Below are positions 1 to 6,146 of a stretch of DNA of 6,881 nucleotides, in pieces (position 1 is the first letter of the stretch; the number at the start of each line of letters is the position of its first letter). The notes under the pieces were generated by a model. That model made no database searches. It had not been told where the DNA came from and was given only the letters and a program-made list of their open reading frames with translations. The position numbers and the translations under genes were made by a program. This DNA comes from Octopus sinensis (taxonomy: Eukaryota), in contig NW_021829201.1 of assembly GCF_006345805.1 (NCBI RefSeq), positions 1 to 6,881 on the forward strand, read 5' to 3'.

Positions 1-125
1 TATAAAATCTGCGATTTCCTCCACAGATTAGGAAGCGGAGGTGCACTTTGATGCCTTTTCTCCATCAGGCCATCAATGGATTAACCGTCAGTCATAACCT
101 GCAATTGGGTAGAGTCTAAGTATTA

Positions 126-280
126 TTTATTGTCCTCATGATGTCCGAGGTGTCGATAGTTATCTCAGAGAGGGTATACAGAGGTTGTCCTTTAATCAAT
201 GGTATCTAAGTCAATTGCATCAGGATCAGCGAACAGATAACAGGGCTGCTTTTCTAGGTTCTTCACGATGGAGGAAAAAA
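126..280 (-). mobile_element. Possible heavily decayed non-LTR retrotransposon reverse-transcriptase remnant (CR1/L2-like)
   Basis: One minus frame reads FSSIVKNLEKQPCYLFADPDAIDLDTID*...DNYRHLGHHEDNK*. LFAD (236-225), DLD and YRHLG occur in the order of the RT motifs FADD...DLD...(Y/R)xLG. The spacing is far too short and there are stops, so this may be chance. Confidence 0.22.
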
Positions 281-365
281 GTAACCCTTTACCATTTCGC
301 AAACGAAGCGCGCACAGGTGTATACTTGGGGATGCGTGTGCGCGCGGATATGTGTCTATGAGTGT

Positions 366-772
366 GCATGTTTGTATGTATCTATGTATGCATGTATGTA
401 TGTGTGTATGTATGTATGTATGTATCTATGTATGCATGTATGTCTGTGTGTATGTATGTATGTATGTATGTGTGTATGTATGTATGTATGTATGTATGTA
501 TGTATGTGTGTATGTATGTATGTTATGTGTATTGTATGTATGTATGTATGTATGTATGTCTGTATGTATGTATGTATCTATGTATGCATGTATGTATGTG
601 TGTATGTATGTATGTATGTATGTATGTATGTGTATGTATGGTATGTATGTATGTATGTATGTGTGTGGTATGTATGTATGTATGTATGTATGTATGTATG
701 CGTGCGTGCTTGCTTGTAAGTGTGTGTATGTATGCATGTATGTATTTATGTGGGTCCATGTATGTATGTATG
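366..772. repeat. Long imperfect (TATG)n tetranucleotide microsatellite with TGTG/TATC/CATG variants
   Basis: Directly visible. It has no stop codons in the + frames, which explains ORFs 268..822, 318..719, 362..808, 426..737 and 523..759. Confidence 0.97.
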
Positions 773-858
773 CCTCTGCATATTCTTACGTATGTCAGCT
801 ACAATTAGGCATAAGGAATTAATTGCCCATGTATATGATTACACTGACAGCCCGCCAA

Positions 859-1047
859 ACACACACAGCCACACACAACCACACACAAATACACACACTC
901 ACGCAGGCACAGAAACGCAGCCGCGCGCGCACGCACACACACACATACACACACACTGTATTAAACTGTTTATTTATGTATATGTATGTGTGTATTGTGT
1001 GTAGTGTGTGTGCGTGCGTGTGTGTGTGCGTGTATGTGTGTTTGTGT
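859..1047. repeat. Compound (CA)n-rich tract (859-956) followed by a (TG)n-rich tract (about 977-1047)
   Basis: Directly visible dinucleotide-rich runs of opposite polarity separated by an AT-rich spacer of about 20 nt. Confidence 0.92.
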
Positions 1048-1124
1048 AAAACTATAAAGTAAAAAGAAAACGATCTAACAATATTAACTTAGAATTGTCA
1101 GTGGTCTACATTTGAAAAAGGGTG

Positions 1125-1195
1125 TCACACACGCTCACACACACATACACACACATACACACACAACACACTTCCTCACACACGCACACGCGCAC

Positions 1196-1225
<30 letters not shown>
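1125..1225. repeat. Imperfect (CA)n microsatellite
   Basis: Directly visible CA/CATA/CG-interrupted run. Confidence 0.93.
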
Positions 1226-1226
<1 letters not shown>

Positions 1227-1594
1227 GGTATGAGTTATATGTGTATTATAATTATGTTCACTCTAAGGGTTGGTAGATCAATTTCTAGAAGTGCAACAGG
1301 GAAAACCCCCAAAGAAGGAAGGGAGACAATCTCAAGACTAAATTCGACTGCAGAAGCGACCAGTCATATAGAAAGAATTTTAAAAAATTATAATTTTCTG
1401 AACACACGAGAACGGCTAATTTTGTTTTTCTTTCTGCCACAATAAGCGTCTTCAGCACAGCAGTTATAGATATTGCTGTTGGCCATCTTCAGTTGAAAGT
1501 TCACAGTGCAGTTGTATAACATTTACAACCTACATACTTTGCATACATGCAATTAAAATTAGCTAAAAGAAACAGCTCAGTGTAGCCGGTAACT

Positions 1595-1600
<6 letters not shown>

Positions 1601-1655
<55 letters not shown>

Positions 1656-1670
1656 ACACATACACACATA
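1601..1670. repeat. (CA)n microsatellite, perfect for 25 units (1601-1650), then interrupted
   Basis: Directly visible. Confidence 0.98.
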
Positions 1671-1920
1671 TGCAAATACATACCTTTTGTGTACCCTTCC
1701 AGTTTATCATATATTCATTATCTGTCAATCTTTTAATAGGTGTGCATAGTTACGTTAGTATATTATATATAAAAAAGCAAATTTGTGTTTAGTAAGTAAA
1801 CATATTACCGCATAGAATTGCTATACTAATAGCATACAAGAAGTACTTTGACTGACTTAAATACAAACAGAGAAATCCTGAAGGAATACGACAGCAAGTG
1901 AATGAAGATTTACTGCGCGT

Positions 1921-2010
1921 GCACACCACACATACAGACGCATATAGACATGTATGTATGTATGTATGTATGTATGTATGTATGTATGTATGTATCTATC
2001 TATCTATCTA

Positions 2011-2061
<51 letters not shown>

Positions 2062-2356
2062 GCGAGCGCATATGTGTATGTAGGCATACACACACATACA
2101 CATACATATACATACATTTATGTATCTTTATGTATAGACACATACACGTATACACACACACACATAGTTATACACATACAAATACAAATGTACATGTGTG
2201 CATATTACATACACATACATGTCACATAAATATACACCACACACACACACCACACACACATATATATATATATATATACACACATTTATATATATGTACG
2301 TATGTATGTATATATATATATGTATATATATAAGTATATATGCATATGTATTATAT

Positions 2357-2420
<64 letters not shown>
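1921..2420. repeat. Compound microsatellite block: (TATG)n about 1950-1992, (TATC)n about 1993-2012, (TA)n about 2013-2061, a mixed CA/CATA region, and (TA)n about 2350-2411
   Basis: Directly visible. It explains ORFs 1898..2083, 1902..2333, 1954..2229 and 2128..2427. Confidence 0.96.
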
Positions 2421-2422
<2 letters not shown>

Positions 2423-2539
2423 TTCACTCCTACACTTATAGTAAATCATAAAAGCATTATTTGTGTATTTAGAGACACTATATCTGTTCTTCATATTCCT
2501 GTCTCGTTTATAACAACACAAATATATCTAATATAGACA

Positions 2540-2585
2540 CTCATACACACGCACACACACGACACACACAGAACACATACACACC
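2540..2585. repeat. Short degenerate (CA)n tract
   Basis: Directly visible CA-rich run. Confidence 0.75.
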
Positions 2586-2750
2586 TATATAAAAGTACAA
2601 GCACTGTCGTATACACATTGAGCGATGTTTTCTCCCAGTAGGAGTCTAGCTGAAGACTGTAGGGGCGGGGTGAAATTCTCACAGTGTTTTCTCAGCATCG
2701 ATGGCATTACCAGCCTTCACTTCAATATGAATCACAGATCTGTCTCACGT

Positions 2751-2828
2751 ACAACAACCAAACAACCAAACAAGCAAACAAACAAACAAACAACCAAAGA
2801 AACAAACAAGGAAAACCAAACAACCAAC
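2751..2828. repeat. Imperfect (AAAC)n/(AACC)n tetranucleotide microsatellite
   Basis: Directly visible: aaacaaacaaacaaacaaccaaagaaacaaac. Confidence 0.9.
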
Positions 2829-2891
2829 TGCGATGATGCAATAAGTGCATGGAATAAACGTACAAGAAATGTGTACATTCATTTTGATATG

Positions 2892-3170
2892 TACGTGGTC
2901 TGATCAATAAGTATCCGGACTGATGCCATAGTAACGAAGCTAAAGCATGCGTGGTGAAGTCGCTTGGTACGGATTGACTTTGAACTCTGTTGTGCATGTG
3001 TACTAAGTTTTAACGTTCCAGCTCACTTCCGCTGTTTACAGCAGAGTTTGGAAGGAAGACGTGTAGCGTGTGGTCGTCGCATTGACCATGACAGAGAATG
3101 TTGAGCGGAGAATCTGCATCAAATTTTGCCAAAAGCTTGGCAATACCTGCTCAGAGGCCTACGCAAAGTT
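2892..3170 (+). mobile_element. Mariner (Tc1/mariner DDD) left end: TA target site, left TIR, 5' UTR and first 27 transposase codons
   Basis: TA at 2892-2893 is followed by CGTGGTCTGATCAATAAGTATCCGGAC, a mariner-type TIR pattern. ATG at 3088 reads MTENVERRICIKFCQKLGNTCSEAYAK, matching the mariner N-terminal 'EQRICIKFC.KLG...E' helix. No partner TIR was found in the window. Confidence 0.88.
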
Positions 3171-3645
3171 TTCAAAAAGATTTCGTCGCCCTCGACACAA
3201 TCAAAGAGATCTTGTGGAACTGAAAACCGAGTGGCTTTTTGGTCAGCTGAAAGCAGTTTTGGCACAAACGTGGCAGACATACCCAAATCTTCAGTGACAT
3301 ACGTCTCATACCCAAATCTTCCGTGATAATTGACTTAACTGAACCGTAACTAATCTGCACATCTTCTGATAACTCACGGATGGTGATTCGATGATCTCCT
3401 CTCACAACTCCACACACATCTGCGATGTTTTTCTCACTTCTGCTGGTTGCGGGTCTCCTAGAACGTTCGCCAATATTGACATTTTTCTGGCCATCTTGGA
3501 AACCTCTGAACCACTCGTACACTTGTGTACGGCTCATACACTCTTCTCCATACACTTTCTGTAACTTTGCGCAGGCCTCCGAGCAGGTATCGCCATGACA
3601 ACTTTCTCTCTCATGGTCAATGCGACGATCACACGCTTACACACG
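3164..3645 (-). pseudogene. Inverted mariner transposase pseudogene fragment (5' UTR end, HTH DNA-binding domains and linker), truncated just before the first catalytic Asp
   Basis: The minus frame reads YGEECMSRTQVYEWFRGFQDGQKNVNIGERSRRPATSRSEKNIADVCGVVRGDHRITIRELSEDVQISYGSVKSIITEDLGMRR. After a frameshift it reads SATFVPKLLSADQKATRFSVPQDLFDCVEGDEIFLKTL, where FVPKLL corresponds to the WVPHEL linker and TGDE would come next. It has a net 31-nt deletion near the start codon (ATG at 3614) and a 20-nt insertion near 3280. Confidence 0.92.
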
Positions 3646-4071
3646 AAAAAGGAAACTAAGTACATAGATATTGCTTTACCACGGGATACCCATGTAGGTG
3701 ATAAAGAGCTGAAAAAGGAGGTGGAAAAAATTCAAATTGCGAAACGATGAAATTGCAAGAATGTAGGCAATGAGGAAATTTATTGCTATCCTAGTAGTTG
3801 TAAGAGCACTTGGAGCACCAACAACCAAATTCGAGAAATATGTTGGAGAAATTTGAATTGACATGAGGGCAGAGTATGCACAAGAATCTGCTCTGTTGGG
3901 GACATTTAGGATTTTGGGATTCGTACTTGGGTGGTGAATATCTTCCGTGAAACTTAATGCCTAAGTACCAAGTCTTATAAGTTGTGAAACAGACCATGTG
4001 ATACCTTTGAAGCAGGATGCTGTCCGCTCTCAAAGAATTAACCAGAGTAAGGTTGACAGCTCTGAGAAGTA
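3646..4071 (+). mobile_element. 3' end of a 5'-truncated non-LTR retrotransposon with a restriction-like endonuclease (RLE) domain, R4/Dong-like, plus 3' UTR
   Basis: 3646-3729 reads KKETKYIDIALPRDTHVGDKELKKEVEK. After a frameshift, 3746-3937 reads DEIARM*AMRKFIAILVVVRALGAPTTKFEKYVGEI*IDMRAEYAQESALLGTFRILGFVLGW*. This matches the C-terminal RLE pattern 'IDIAIP.D..V..KE.EK...Y..L..EI..MW....V.PVVVGALG.......QK.ALLGTARIL'. A UTR of about 135 nt runs into an AAT/AAC microsatellite tail. The clade assignment is from recall. Confidence 0.85.
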
Positions 4072-4074
4072 AAT

Positions 4075-4110
<36 letters not shown>

Positions 4111-4154
4111 AACAACACAATAGCAACAACAACAAAAATAACAATAATAATAAT
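4072..4154. repeat. (AAC)n/(AAT)n trinucleotide microsatellite between the LINE 3' end and the SINE 3' end
   Basis: Directly visible. It produces the poly-C/poly-L and poly-V stretches of ORFs 3791..4144 and 4030..4230. Confidence 0.96.
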
Positions 4155-4369
4155 TCTTTTCTACTCTAGGCACAAGGCCCGAAATTTTGGGGGAGGGGGG
4201 CCAGTCGATTAGATCGACCCCAGTAAGCATCTGGTACTTAATTTATCGACCTCGAAAGAATGAAAGGCAAAGTCGACCTCGGCGGAATTTGAACTCAGAA
4301 CATGAAGACAGACGAAATATTGCTAAGCATTTTTCCCGGCGTAGTAACGTTTCTGCCAGCTCGCCGCCT
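4155..4369 (-). mobile_element. tRNA-derived SINE (resembles an abundant octopus SINE; central segment resembles the Meta domain)
   Basis: The minus strand starts GGCGGCGAGC. It has A-box-like TGGCAGAAACG (4358-4348) and B-box-like GAGTTCAAATTCC (4296-4284). The central segment GGTCGACTTTGCCTTTCATTCTTTCGAGGTCGATAAATTAAGTACCAG (4279-4231) recalls the conserved Meta SINE domain. It ends in an (ATT)n/(GTT)n tail. The family name is from memory and not verified. Confidence 0.85.
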
Positions 4370-4686
4370 AGAATTAGTATATGTGTTTGATATTAGCACA
4401 ATGATCTACCCGATATACAACGAAATCGGTTTCTGCCCACAAATTTACAGTAAGAATTTTGAAAACTAAATGCAGCGAGTGATTTTTGTGCCAGCTTTCG
4501 GTATCTGATTTGAAATTACCAGGTCCATTTTTCCTGCCCACTCATTCTCCTTCCGAAATGTACTCGCAATTGAAAGGTGTAGCCTTGCCAAGCAGTATCC
4601 CACGTTGAGTCACCATGAAACTTACCTGGAAAGCACGAAGGTCTGTGGAATAGTCAATCGTATAGGCCTTGATTTCTTGAATAGGT

Positions 4687-4699
4687 ATTCATTAATTAA
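4687..4699 (+). repeat. Left copy of the putative SINE target-site duplication (ATTCATTAATTAA)
   Basis: Matches 5083-5095 (ATTCATTAGTTGA) at 11 of 13 positions; both differences are A/G transitions. Confidence 0.7.
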
Positions 4700-5082
4700 G
4701 TGGAAGCGCAATGGCCCAGTGGTTAGGGCAGCGGACTCGCGTCATAGGATCGCGGTTTCGATTCCCAGATCGGCGTTGTGAGTGTTTATTGAGCGAAAAC
4801 ACCTAAAGCTCCACGAGGCTCCAGCAGGGATGGTGATCCCTGCTGTACTCTTTCACCACAACTTTCTCCTTCACTCTTACTTCCTGTTCTTTGTACCTTG
4901 TATTTCAAAGGGCCGGCCTTGTCACTCTCTGTGTCACGCTGAATATCCCCGAGAACTGCGTTAAGGGTACACGTGTCTGTGGAGTGCTCAACCACTTACA
5001 CGTTAATTTCAGGAGCAGGCTGTTCCGTTGATTCGGATCAACCGGAACCCTCGTCGTCGTAACCGACGGAGCGCTTCCATCC
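4700..5082 (+). mobile_element. Full-length tRNA(Arg-like)-derived SINE (resembles octopus OR-type/Ceph-SINE)
   Basis: It has A box TGGCCCAGTGG (4712-4722), a tRNA-Arg-like anticodon region GACTCGC-GTCA and B box GGTTTCGATTCC (4754-4765). The body is about 320 nt, with 3' stem-loops and a short CCAT tail. It is flanked by a near-identical 13-bp direct repeat. Confidence 0.88.
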
Positions 5083-5095
5083 ATTCATTAGTTGA
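5083..5095 (+). repeat. Right copy of the putative SINE target-site duplication (ATTCATTAGTTGA)
   Basis: Direct repeat of 4687-4699 placed immediately after the SINE tail. Confidence 0.7.
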
Positions 5096-6146
5096 TCAAA
5101 CAACTGGATGGTCACAGGTGAAACCGATGGAAAATCTGCTATAAGTTTCAATGATATTAGACCGAAGAATTAAGGTTTATTTGTAGATATCTTATTTATC
5201 ATATGAATCAATGTTGTTATTACTATAGCGGCCCCATTTGAATGTATTTGTCGTAATTCGATACGAAGCAACCGAAGGGTGTTCAAAAAGCATTGACTTG
5301 AGATTTGAACTTATCGAGGTGATTTGGGCTTTGGGGCTGTGATTCGGTGATGTTTACTAAAACAACTTGTTTCTTCCATTTGAAATGTGCGAAGTAAATA
5401 CTGCGGCAGCCATAATGGTTTTACTGGTGTTTATGAGAATCATGCATTGTGACGTTTACAATTGCTTCGCATTATGACGTTTTGTATTGTGGTAATCGTT
5501 GTTGCTTTTAGCACTGTCTTTGCATAATCTTTATAACACTCTCAAAGATTTTGAGAAGTACAGTTTATTGAAGAGAAGGGTTTTTTGATATTTAGGAATG
5601 TATTTTGGTTTACGACAGGAAGAAGAATTATTGTTTATTATTGTTTGGGAAAGTCATGCAGTTACAAGGATTGGTACGGCAGAATTCTGTTATTTTTTTA
5701 AGACAACCACGCTATTGTGTTGCGAAGGCATCTGTCAGCAAATCTATAAAAATGCAATGTTTTGTAATTAATAAAAAATGTATATGTGACGTTGCAGGAA
5801 GATGTTGAACTAAACTTGGGATGTGTTTATGAATCACAAATGAAATCTGATATATAAAATAGAAACCACTTTATAAGAAAGCCTAAATTTGTAAATTACT
5901 CCCGCTTTCTTCGTCAGTTCCATAGAAAAATAAATTATTACACTTATATTTAAAATATTTTTTGTATAATTTATATAAATGAATAAGACAGTTGTTGAAT
6001 TCAATGATAAGAAATTATAAAATGTATTAGTTGTGTAGCCCCAATGCACTCTTGACAAAAGCAGATCTTTGATCAAATGTCTTTTAGCCACGACCACACA
6101 TCTTCCTATTAAGCATTGCAAATCAAAAACCTCATGGCCAAGGACC

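Noticed and set aside
268-1062. Long ORFs rich in M/Y/V/C or H/T/Y/I (up to 184 aa)
   Set aside because: They are translations of stop-free (TATG)n and (CA)n microsatellites, open in several frames at once, with no coding signal.
1250-1445. Non-repetitive tail of ORF 1122..1445 (RVGRSISRSATGKTPKEGRETISRLNST...) as a possible exon
   Set aside because: There is no recognisable domain, only a weak acceptor at about 1267 and no donor. An open stretch of about 65 codons can occur by chance across six frames. RNA-seq would be needed.
1898-2427. ORFs with poly-IY/YI and HT repeats
   Set aside because: Microsatellite artefacts.
2662-2670. Perfect GC box GGGGCGGGG
   Set aside because: It is a single isolated 9-mer with no CpG island, TATA/Inr context or downstream gene.
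4020-4170. Shared short words (AAAGAATTA, AGAGTA) between the LINE 3' UTR and the SINE 3' end, suggesting a SINE-LINE partnership
   Set aside because: The matches are under 10 nt, in different order and AT-rich, so they do not show a shared 3' tail.
4620-4642. ACTTACCTGG...CACGAAGGT resembles two pieces of the U1 snRNA 5' end
   Set aside because: The 18 nt between them in U1 are replaced by 4 nt and nothing downstream matches U1 (no stem II-IV or Sm site). The first piece is simply the complement of a splice donor.
4702-4770. A and B boxes suggesting a tRNA gene
   Set aside because: There is no closing acceptor stem or T-run terminator, and it continues into a SINE body with a TSD. It is a SINE head.
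5273-5290. CGAAGGGTGTTCAAAAAG resembles a mariner TIR
   Set aside because: It matches the left TIR at only 13 of 18 positions, is in the same orientation, lacks an adjacent TA and has no mariner sequence behind it.
5605-5808. Cys-containing ORF, considered as a piggyBac C-terminal cysteine-rich remnant
   Set aside because: The Cys spacing does not fit a recognisable zinc-binding pattern in any frame, and there is no TTAA/TIR evidence.
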